Below are positions 18,624 through 26,637 of a DNA stretch of 37,680 nt, one piece after another. The notes beneath the pieces were generated by a model. It did not search any database and had not been told where the DNA came from. It saw only the letters and a program-made list of their open reading frames with translations. The position numbers and the translations under genes were made by a program. Origin of the DNA: Promethearchaeota archaeon (lineage in GTDB: Archaea; Asgardarchaeota; Lokiarchaeia; Sigyniarchaeales; SOKP01); NCBI GenBank assembly GCA_048941285.1, contig JBHLNS010000015.1, positions 21,763 through 59,442 on the forward strand, given 5' to 3'. Position 1 is the stretch's first letter; every line of letters begins with the position of its first letter.

Positions 18624-20318
18624 TTATGAATTATTTAATTCATCCAATAAATATTGAAAATTTAGTTCTAATGCCGCAACTGGAAATTCTAATTTGAAAT
18701 TTAATAATACTTCTGGATGGATTTCACCAATTTCCCCAATAATAGAATTTTTCAGGCAAATTTTACCGCATCGACCCTCTATATAGGTTGGATTTTTTTC
18801 AGATTTAACTTCATAATCTTCATAATATCCAAGCGAAGTCATTATAAAGTCAAGAGTAGATCTAATCTCTGTAAAATCGGCATTCTCATGATAAGTAGCA
18901 GCTGAAAGATGTACTTCCCTTCTTGCACCTGTCTCTTCTCTTTTATCCAGTAAAATTATATCACCAATTTCAAAGATTTTTATTGGTTTTTCCTCAGAGC
19001 GATTGTTTAGTAATGATTCTAATAGTTTTGGTAAAATACTTGTTCTTGTTGTATTATATTCTTTTGAAACTGGATTTAATATCTGGACATTATCTTTCTC
19101 TTTAAATTCTTGTCTCATATAATCGTATTGTTTCTCAGAGTTAGATAAGATCAAGTTCAAGACTTCTAAATATCCCGCACCAATCATGATAGTTCGAATT
19201 TTATTTGAAAAAGATTGAATTGGATGATACTCTCCTATACCCCCTTCTCTAATAGTTCTTGGTAATTTATCATATCCATATCCAATAGCACAATCTTCAG
19301 TGAAATCAACGATATGCATAATATCTCCTCTAAATGCTGGAATCCAGACATCTAAATAACCCTTTTTATTAGATTGTTTAGCATCAAATCTAACTTTATT
19401 AAAACATTTTATCATCTCTTCAGGCGATAAATTTAGTCCTATATAATCGTTAATATAATCAATCCCTACCTCCCACTTAATAGGATTCAAATTTGGGGTT
19501 ATAATTTCTTTTCCTCTCTTATAATTCACTTTAACACTTTCAACCTTTGCACCCATATCTGCTAAAGTTGTTGATAAAATGTTTAACGCTAAATTAACAG
19601 CTTTGAAATCTGTTCCAGTTAAATCTAAGAATAAATTTTTTGTATCGTCAGTTACTGTAGTTAAAACTCCATTAATCACAGGTGGAAACGACAAGACTTC
19701 ATTATTCTTATCATAAATTATTGGATATAACTCTTTTCCTTCTAAGATATGAGCATATTCAATACCTTTCTCATGTAAAAGTAATATTTCTTCTAAATTC
19801 ATAGAATAACCATCACCATGTAATGGAATAAAACTTACAGAATCCGGTTTAACTGCTGTATATCGATAGGGTGGTGTAATTTTATCAAGATCGTGAACAC
19901 CAATAGCTACTTTTTTTCTATCTCGTCCAACTGCCCAGTGTAAGTGTTCTTGGATGTTCATTAAAGTTGCGACTTCATCCTCATCTAAATCAATATCTCT
20001 AATAACACCACAGACAATATAGGGTCGGACGTTATCAACACTTGGATCCACATTTAATTCAATTTTTCCTGGAATAATTTCGAATGAAGGCATTCCTAAT
20101 TCTATTTCATAATATCCTTTAAGAGCTCTAGCAATCCCTTCAGGACTAGAAAAATCGGGTCTATTTGGATCATATTCAACTTTAATTTTTTGCTCTTCCT
20201 CATTTATATCTTCTAAATCTAAACCTATCCACTGTAAATCATATTCTAATTCTTTAATCTCTAATTTTTTACCGACTAACCTTTCCAATCTTTCAATTTT
20301 TAATTCTAAGGTTGGCAT
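18624..20318 (-). CDS. pheT: Phenylalanine--tRNA ligase beta subunit (archaeal/eukaryotic type)
   Basis: NRPDFSSPEGIARAL, QEHLH, AIGVHDLD, LSFPPVING, RGDIMHIVD and GEIHP; SD GGAGGT upstream. Confidence 0.96.
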   Translation of the reverse strand: MPTLELKIERLERLVGKKLEIKELEYDLQWIGLDLEDINEEEQKIKVEYDPNRPDFSSPEGIARALKGYYEIELGMPSFEIIPGKIELNVDPSVDNVRPYIVCGVIRDIDLDEDEVATLMNIQEHLHWAVGRDRKKVAIGVHDLDKITPPYRYTAVKPDSVSFIPLHGDGYSMNLEEILLLHEKGIEYAHILEGKELYPIIYDKNNEVLSFPPVINGVLTTVTDDTKNLFLDLTGTDFKAVNLALNILSTTLADMGAKVESVKVNYKRGKEIITPNLNPIKWEVGIDYINDYIGLNLSPEEMIKCFNKVRFDAKQSNKKGYLDVWIPAFRGDIMHIVDFTEDCAIGYGYDKLPRTIREGGIGEYHPIQSFSNKIRTIMIGAGYLEVLNLILSNSEKQYDYMRQEFKEKDNVQILNPVSKEYNTTRTSILPKLLESLLNNRSEEKPIKIFEIGDIILLDKREETGARREVHLSAATYHENADFTEIRSTLDFIMTSLGYYEDYEVKSEKNPTYIEGRCGKICLKNSIIGEIGEIHPEVLLNFKLEFPVAALELNFQYLLDELNNS

Positions 20319-20336
20319 CTCTCTTAAACCTCCATT

Positions 20337-21872
20337 TTAATATGATTGATTCCTCAACCATTTAATTGGATTAATATATAAATCTCTAATATCTTTCCGA
20401 TCAAAATATAACATCGCAATTCTCTCAAGTCCTTGACCCCATGCTAAAACACGAGTTGGATCTTTAATGCCCCAAGGGTATGTAACTTCAGGTCTAAAAA
20501 TTCCTGAACCTCCAAATTCTAACCATTCACCTAATTTCTCGAAATATACAGAAAATTCCATACTGGGCTCTGTATAGGGAAAGAATCCAGGTCTTGTTAT
20601 AATTTTTTCAAATCCTAATTTTTTATAAAACTCTAATAACAAGCCAATTAAATCACACAGATTTAAATGATCATCAATGACGATACCCTCAACTTGAGTA
20701 AATTCTGCTAAATGTGATTTATCTAGTTTTTCATTTCGAAATACTCTATCAATACAAAATACCTTTACCGGTACCTTTTCATTATTTCTATAAAATTGCG
20801 CTAATCTTCTTATTGTAGTGGCTGTTGTGTGTGTTCTTAAAACAGTTTTTTTTGCGGTATCGATATCCCATTCATAACCCCATCCAAGAGAACCTGAATC
20901 ACCACCATTTTCATGAGTTTCCCTGACTGCTTTTACTCTATCACTTTCAGGTAAATTAGCAGTTTTTGGATTGCTTAAATAAAATGTATCTTGCATTTCT
21001 CGTGCTGGATGATCTTGTGGCTGAAATAAGGCATCAAAGTTATAAAATGCACTTTCAACGATAGGCCCCCTTATTTCTGTAAATCCCATTGATAAGAAAA
21101 TTTCTCTAATCTCATTTATTAATCTGATCATAGGGTGAATTTTTCCCGCTTTCATTAGTGGTCCAGGCTTAGAAACATCAAAAGGCTTTAATTCATAATT
21201 TTTCCAAATTCCCGAACTTAGCATTTCAGATGTAATCCTACTAATTTGTTTTAGCTCTTGAATTTTAGAAATTGGAATTTTTTTACCTTTTTCTGTCAAA
21301 TATATAATCCTTTGAATCTTGCGTGTTCTTTTAATTAATTTCCTTTTATTCAGTAGATCTAATTGCTTTAATTCATCTTTTGATAGAGTAGAATAATCAA
21401 CCATATTATTTTCTTTGAAATTTTGAAGAAATAATTCAATTCCTGTTTGTGGAAATTTTTCAGTGATAATATATATTCTATTTTCACCAGAAGCTTTACT
21501 TTGAGCAACCCATTTGTTTTTTTTTAAATTTGAGATACCAACATAAAATAAATCTTCACTCATGCCCGATTTTTTAAAAAAATCATCTAAACTTATTTCT
21601 TTAACTTTATTTTCCAATAAAAAATTGATTAATTGGCGTTCAGGAAGTCCCTTTTTTAAGTATTCGATTCCTTCCTCGTTTAAATAAACTTGGTCCACAT
21701 TTTCTTCCTTGAAACCTCCTAAACCAAATTCAATTAAATCATTAACTGCTGACATAAGGATTATATAGTCGATATTTAATTCTCTTGCCAAATCATTCGC
21801 TAAAACTATACTAGCTTTTTTCTTTAATACTTTAAAAATTTCAATAGTTTGCTTTTTAAGTTTGATCGCCAT
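20337..21872 (-). CDS. pheS: Phenylalanine--tRNA ligase alpha subunit (archaeal/eukaryotic long type)
   Basis: NFDALFQPQDHPAREMQDTFY, LRTHTT, FRNE, HLAEFTQVEG, FPYTEPS, GSGIFRPE and GLER. Confidence 0.97.
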   Translation of the reverse strand: MAIKLKKQTIEIFKVLKKKASIVLANDLARELNIDYIILMSAVNDLIEFGLGGFKEENVDQVYLNEEGIEYLKKGLPERQLINFLLENKVKEISLDDFFKKSGMSEDLFYVGISNLKKNKWVAQSKASGENRIYIITEKFPQTGIELFLQNFKENNMVDYSTLSKDELKQLDLLNKRKLIKRTRKIQRIIYLTEKGKKIPISKIQELKQISRITSEMLSSGIWKNYELKPFDVSKPGPLMKAGKIHPMIRLINEIREIFLSMGFTEIRGPIVESAFYNFDALFQPQDHPAREMQDTFYLSNPKTANLPESDRVKAVRETHENGGDSGSLGWGYEWDIDTAKKTVLRTHTTATTIRRLAQFYRNNEKVPVKVFCIDRVFRNEKLDKSHLAEFTQVEGIVIDDHLNLCDLIGLLLEFYKKLGFEKIITRPGFFPYTEPSMEFSVYFEKLGEWLEFGGSGIFRPEVTYPWGIKDPTRVLAWGQGLERIAMLYFDRKDIRDLYINPIKWLRNQSY

Positions 21873-22023
21873 AATATTCAGCTATTTTATTTTAATTTTC
21901 CATTATATCTTTTAAAATCTCTAATCTATTTAAATCTTTTGTGAATAGAGTCTTTCTAAATCACCCGATCTTGAATTAGACTGATTATTTATTATTATAA
22001 ATATTAAAAAATTGAATCTTGAC

Positions 22024-22087
22024 AAAAAAACTAAAGAAATCCGCAGCCAAGAGAGTAATTTTTGTTTAGATTATATTATCTCTTGGC
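22024..22087 (-). terminator. Imperfect inverted repeat followed by a U-tract on the minus strand (candidate attenuator/terminator upstream of pheS)
   Basis: Minus strand GCCAAGAGATAAT-(15 nt)-ATTACTCTCTTGGC (22087..22046; 9 bp, a bulge, then 4 bp), followed by TTTCTTTAGTTTTTTT ending at 22024. Confidence 0.45.
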
Positions 22088-22090
22088 AAG

Positions 22091-22135
22091 TTAAAGAAGT
22101 CTAATAAAAATGAATCTTGGAAATTGAGTTCTAAT
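22091..22135 (-). CDS. Candidate Phe-rich leader peptide (M)RTQFPRFIFIRLL, ATT start
   Basis: AAAGGTG (22150..22144) lies 8 nt before ATT, the same spacing as coaD and aor. 14 codons include 3 Phe; the stop is 3 nt before the hairpin; located upstream of pheS. Confidence 0.35.
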   Translation of the reverse strand: MRTQFPRFIFIRLL

Positions 22136-22339
22136 AAATTATACACCTTTAAATATACTTTAGTTCCGATCAAATACAAAGAATTCATTTTCTATTTAAA
22201 TTAAATAAATATTATGTAAAAAAATTTTCTATTTTATCTTAATAAATATCTCAAAACAGGCAGCGCTTCTTTTAATTAAAAAACGAAAATTAAAAAAATC
22301 TTTAAAATAATTAAGTAAATCTTTGAAAATGGTATTGTC

Positions 22340-22783
22340 CTATAATCTTTTTCTTATCGATGTTGAGCTAATTTTTATATTATCTTTATTTTTTAGGATA
22401 GGGATAACAATTAAAACAAGAGGATTTAAACCTTTCTTTTCTCTATTCTCATTTAATTTTAAAGCATTCTCATACGTTTCCTGACTGACAATTAATCCTT
22501 CATATTCAGGATCTTGAGCATACTTGTCCATATCTGCCCAGTTTTGTATCTCAACAATATTTACTCGGCTTAAATCAGCAATAGATTTAATAAAAGTTTT
22601 CAAGTTTTCTTTTCTTATAACATAATCTTCTAATTCTGAAGCATATTGCTTATTTTTTAATAAGTCTTGAGAAGTTAATCCTATCTCTACAAATTCAGCT
22701 AAAGATAATGCTGTCTTCAAAAGGTATTTATGTCCTTCATGGAGATGATCGAAAGTTCCACCTAATCCAACTTTCTTAAGAAT
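22340..22783 (-). CDS. coaD: Phosphopantetheine adenylyltransferase (archaeal type), ATT start
   Basis: Extending the frame past the track's TTG (22720) recovers ILKKVGLGGTFDHLHEGHKYL with the HxGH motif. ATT at 22783 directly follows an in-frame TAG, with GGTG 8 nt upstream. Also GLTS, VSQET and ISSTSIR. Confidence 0.88.
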   Translation of the reverse strand: MLKKVGLGGTFDHLHEGHKYLLKTALSLAEFVEIGLTSQDLLKNKQYASELEDYVIRKENLKTFIKSIADLSRVNIVEIQNWADMDKYAQDPEYEGLIVSQETYENALKLNENREKKGLNPLVLIVIPILKNKDNIKISSTSIRKRL

Positions 22784-22825
22784 CTAAAAAACACCACACA
22801 AAATAGAAAATGATATTAAATAAGT

Positions 22826-23260
22826 TTATTTTTTAGCTTTTAAATTTTCTTTCTTAGCTTCTTGTATTTTCGTTTTTTCAGTAGGGCTTTTTAATCTTAC
22901 AGAATAAATTTGCTTTATCTCCATTAAGTCCTCACATTTTTCACATTTATCTAACCTTTTAAATACGAAATCTCCTTTTTCATAGTTTCGAACTTTTGTT
23001 AGTCCACATAATTTACAGATCAAAATTGTTAAAGTCTGTCTAATTGGTTCAGGAGGGCTTTTTTGAAATTGAATTAATGTAGCTCCAAAACAAATTAACA
23101 TAAAACCAATCGACCAACTTGTTAATTGGTCAAAACCAAAATCCATATATATGAGTAAAACACCGATTACAATTAAAATAATTAGAAGAATGTTTTTTAA
23201 AACACTTTTTAAGGTGATTCCTTTTTTTAATATTTCCTCATCGTCTTCTTCGTCAATCAT
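22826..23260 (-). CDS. Two-TM membrane protein with C-terminal Zn-ribbon
   Basis: Two hydrophobic helices, then CKLC...GDFVFK...CEKC. Confidence 0.7.
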   Translation of the reverse strand: MIDEEDDEEILKKGITLKSVLKNILLIILIVIGVLLIYMDFGFDQLTSWSIGFMLICFGATLIQFQKSPPEPIRQTLTILICKLCGLTKVRNYEKGDFVFKRLDKCEKCEDLMEIKQIYSVRLKSPTEKTKIQEAKKENLKAKK

Positions 23261-23379
23261 AAAGCATGTTATAATATCTTCTTTTCTATGCTTTATAATA
23301 GAAAAGAATAAATAAATTTTTTTATTATAAAAGTTTAGAAGGTTAATTTTTTCAATAAACCTTTAATTTTAACAAAGAG

Positions 23380-24519
23380 ATGAATATTATTTATCAAACA
23401 ACCACAGGCACTGATCCCATTTCTCTAATCATATCTTTATTGTGGTTCTTGCTTATTTTTATTTCTATGTTCTATGGGCAAAAATTACAAGCATGGAAAG
23501 CATCTAAAGAAATTCAAGCTGCATTAGAGAAATTAAAAAAATGGAATGATGAATGCAAAGAAATTTTAACCACAAATTTTAAAGAGTTTGCAGACAAAAA
23601 AAAGACACAGAAAGATTTAATGTTACAAATTGAAGATTTCCTTACTTTCGTAACTATTTCTCCAGTTTCTCTCGATCCTTATGGAATTATTCCTAAATTT
23701 GATCATATTGTAGATGTAAGAGATAATAGATTCAAAGAAGAAGTGGAATCATTAGCACCAAATGCAGATACTGTTCAAAGATCCAATTTGGAAAATCTAT
23801 TAGAAGCAACTATGGCAATTGACTTTATTTATAGACTAATTCGGCATTACCTAATACTAGGAAAGAAATCAAAATCAATGATATTATTATTACAAATTTC
23901 ATACCAATTAGGATTGATTATGACTATGGCTAAAGCTTACTTTCATGCTGCCAAAGCTTTCTCGGAGGGAAGTCCAATTGGAGATGGACTAGGACCGTTA
24001 GTTGCTGCAAGTTTTATAAGAGCTGTTTCAAATAATGATGTTTCTGCCAATGAAATTGAAAGAGATACAATTGTACAAGAATTAGATTTCGAAGACAGAA
24101 CAATTTATATTGTTCGTGCTAAAGGTCCAGGCGGTACTGTTGGAAAACCGGGTAAAGCGATCAAGAATTTAATTGAACAATATGGCGATTCAATATCCAG
24201 GATTATTATGATAGATGCAGGTTTGAAACTTACAGGAGATAAGACAGGTTCAATGGCTATAGGCGTTGGAGCTGCGATAGGAGGTATCGGAATTGAGAAA
24301 CATTATATTGAAGAATCAACTACAGGTAAAGCAATTCCAATAGATGCTCTAATTTGTAAACAATCTTTAGAAGATGCAATAACAACAATGAAGCGACCTA
24401 TAACTCAGTCTGTACCAAAATTTGTTGACAATATAAAGATGGCTATCCGAAAACGAACGCAAAAAGGCTCAAAAATCATTATTGCGGGTATTGGAAATAC
24501 GATTGGAATTGGGATTTAA
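23380..24519 (+). CDS. DUF1512-family membrane-anchored protein
   Basis: N-terminal TM, PVSLDPYGII, PIGDGLGPLVA, AKGPGGTVGKPG, IMIDAG, GVGAAIGG and C-terminal GIGNTIGIG. Confidence 0.75.
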   Translation: MNIIYQTTTGTDPISLIISLLWFLLIFISMFYGQKLQAWKASKEIQAALEKLKKWNDECKEILTTNFKEFADKKKTQKDLMLQIEDFLTFVTISPVSLDPYGIIPKFDHIVDVRDNRFKEEVESLAPNADTVQRSNLENLLEATMAIDFIYRLIRHYLILGKKSKSMILLLQISYQLGLIMTMAKAYFHAAKAFSEGSPIGDGLGPLVAASFIRAVSNNDVSANEIERDTIVQELDFEDRTIYIVRAKGPGGTVGKPGKAIKNLIEQYGDSISRIIMIDAGLKLTGDKTGSMAIGVGAAIGGIGIEKHYIEESTTGKAIPIDALICKQSLEDAITTMKRPITQSVPKFVDNIKMAIRKRTQKGSKIIIAGIGNTIGIGI

Positions 24520-24730
24520 TTTCTATTTGTTTTTTTAAAATTTATTTCTTTTTCTTTTCAAATTTCATAATTATTGTTTAAATCCTAAAAGTAAATGATT
24601 ATAATTAGTTTTTTAGAAAAATAGAAATCATTTTATAATTGAAGGAATAAAATTAATTAATTGAATTTTTTAATTATTAGAAAACAAAAATAGGTAATAA
24701 ATTAAAAATTTATTTTGAGGTGTAAAGAAA

Positions 24731-26599
24731 ATTTACGGTTATATGGGAAAAATTCTAAGAGTTAATTTAACTAGCGGTAAAATTACTGAAGAATTTCCTG
24801 ATGATGAAACATTAAAATTATATTTAGGAGGAGCAGGATTAGCGACTAAATTTTTATTAGAAGAGGTACCAAAAGGAATAGATCCATTAGGACCTGATAA
24901 TAAATTACTTTTTATGACAGGGCCATTAACAGGAACGCCTTCACCCAGTACAGGAAGATATGCTGTTGTTACAAAATCTCCTCTTACTGGTATTTGGGGA
25001 GAAGCAAATTCTGCAGGTTTTTGGGGACGTGATCTAAAGAGATCCGGCTTTGATGGAGTTATATTCGAAGGAATTTCTCCAAAACCTGTTTATCTAGTTA
25101 CAGAAGATGGAAAAGCTGAATTGAAAGATGCTTCACATCTTTGGGGTAAAAATACATCTGAAACAACAAAATTAATTAAAGAAGAATTAGGAGCAAAATT
25201 TAATGTCTCTTGTATTGGCATTTCAGGCGAAAATCTTGTTAAGTATGCTGCTATAATGAATGATTGCGATAAACCTTATTGGGGACGTGCCGCGGGAAGA
25301 TGTGGCGTAGGTGCTGTAATGGGGTCAAAAAGAGTAAAAGCTCTTGCTGCTAAAGGAAGTTCTAAAATTCAAGTGGCAAAACCAGAGGAATATAAAGAAG
25401 AAGCTAAACAACGCTACGATTGGGTAAATCAGAGTTTATTAAAAATGACTCTTGAGGTATATGGGACAGCAACAATGGTTGATTTAGTTGGTGTTAAAGG
25501 GGGTTTACCAACAAAAAATTGGCAAACTGGAGTTTTTCCTAATATGGAAAAAATAAATGGAACAGCAATTAATGAAACAATTCTGACTGATCGAAAACCT
25601 TGTTTTGCTTGTCCTATTGCTTGTGGTCGTCTTGCCGAAATTAAAGAAGGAAAATATAAAAGCGAAGGAGAAGGGCCAGAATATGAGTCAATAGGCTCTC
25701 TTGGTACTATGTGTGGTATTGATAATTTAGAGGCGATTACTTTTGCCCATTTTCTATGTAATGAGTATGGGCTTGACACAATTTCTGCTGGAAACGTAAT
25801 AGGTTTTGCAATGGAATGTTATGAAAAAGGGATAATAACAATTGAACAAACTGAAGGAATTGAATTTAATTTTGGAGATGCGGACCTTGTCATAGATCTT
25901 ATTCCTAAAATTAGTAAAAGGGAAGGTATTGGTGATTTACTAGCAGAAGGAACAAGAATAATGGCGCAGAAATTAGATAAAGATTCAATCAAATTTGCTA
26001 TGCAAGTGAAAGGTTTAGAACTTCCCGCCTATGACAGTAGAGCTGCTAAAATCACAGGATTAGCATATGCCACGGCAAATCGAGGTGGTGATCACATAAC
26101 TGCGTGGATTGAGGGCCCTGCTTTTTTATCAATGCCATTTATGCTTGTTGATGATGCCGACGTAGGGGATCCACTTAAGGAAATACCAGAAAAAACTTTC
26201 ATTCTAAAGGATTTAGAGGATGGATTCGGAGTATTTGATGCAATTGGAGGATGTAAATTTATGGGTATAGTTTTAACTGCAGATGATTGGGCATCATTAA
26301 TATCTAAATTATTAGGCTATGAATTTACAGCATCAGATTTTAGAAAAACTGGTGAAAGACTTTATAATCTTGCTAGAGTTTTTAATGTAAGAGAAGGAAT
26401 AACTAGAAAAGATGATACTCTTCCAGCTCGTTTATTGGAAGAACCACTTCCTGAAGGTCCAGCTGAGGGCCAGACAGTAAATCTGGATCCACTTCTAGAC
26501 GCATACTATCAATTTCGTGGTTGGGATAAAAATGGAATCCCTACTAAAGAGAAACTTAAAGAACTAGATTTAGATTGGACTATTGACATAATTTACTAA
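24731..26599 (+). CDS. aor: Tungsten-dependent aldehyde:ferredoxin oxidoreductase family protein; probable ATT start
   Basis: (M)YGYMGKILRVNL, YLGGAGL, KSPLTG, RAAGRCGVGAVMGSK, Fe-S cysteines CFACPIAC, GPEYE, YGLDTIS and YYQFRGWD. GAGGTG lies 8 nt before ATT 24731; the track start is ATG 24743. Confidence 0.92.
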   Translation: MYGYMGKILRVNLTSGKITEEFPDDETLKLYLGGAGLATKFLLEEVPKGIDPLGPDNKLLFMTGPLTGTPSPSTGRYAVVTKSPLTGIWGEANSAGFWGRDLKRSGFDGVIFEGISPKPVYLVTEDGKAELKDASHLWGKNTSETTKLIKEELGAKFNVSCIGISGENLVKYAAIMNDCDKPYWGRAAGRCGVGAVMGSKRVKALAAKGSSKIQVAKPEEYKEEAKQRYDWVNQSLLKMTLEVYGTATMVDLVGVKGGLPTKNWQTGVFPNMEKINGTAINETILTDRKPCFACPIACGRLAEIKEGKYKSEGEGPEYESIGSLGTMCGIDNLEAITFAHFLCNEYGLDTISAGNVIGFAMECYEKGIITIEQTEGIEFNFGDADLVIDLIPKISKREGIGDLLAEGTRIMAQKLDKDSIKFAMQVKGLELPAYDSRAAKITGLAYATANRGGDHITAWIEGPAFLSMPFMLVDDADVGDPLKEIPEKTFILKDLEDGFGVFDAIGGCKFMGIVLTADDWASLISKLLGYEFTASDFRKTGERLYNLARVFNVREGITRKDDTLPARLLEEPLPEGPAEGQTVNLDPLLDAYYQFRGWDKNGIPTKEKLKELDLDWTIDIIY

Positions 26600-26637
26600 T
26601 TAAATTAATTCAATTTTTTTATTTATTGGTGAGAGTA

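Noticed and set aside
13631-19105. Short plus-strand ORFs 13631..13849, 18717..18905 and 18923..19105
   Set aside because: Antisense to the sulfotransferase and pheT; no recognisable features.
22066-22188. ATG-initiated 40-aa ORF (MNSLYLIGTK...FQDSFLLDFFNLPRDNII) on the minus strand upstream of pheS, with 4 Phe
   Set aside because: No SD before its ATG and no recognisable domain. The overlapping 14-codon frame has a properly spaced SD and stops just before the hairpin. Kept only as an alternative leader.
21873-22339. T-box riboswitch upstream of pheS
   Set aside because: No T-box consensus (AGGGTGGNACCGCG-like) seen, and T-boxes are a bacterial element.
22784-22801. Amber (pyrrolysine) read-through from TTG 22801 into coaD
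   Set aside because: It would add only MCGVF plus the TAG codon, overlapping the SD-like GGTG, and no pyl genes are in view. An ATT start is simpler.
24716-24718. In-frame TGA upstream of aor (and at 12519 for the GT8-like gene) as selenocysteine
   Set aside because: These TGAs overlap the SD motifs and precede the homologous N-terminus; the upstream sequence is AT-rich and non-coding in appearance.
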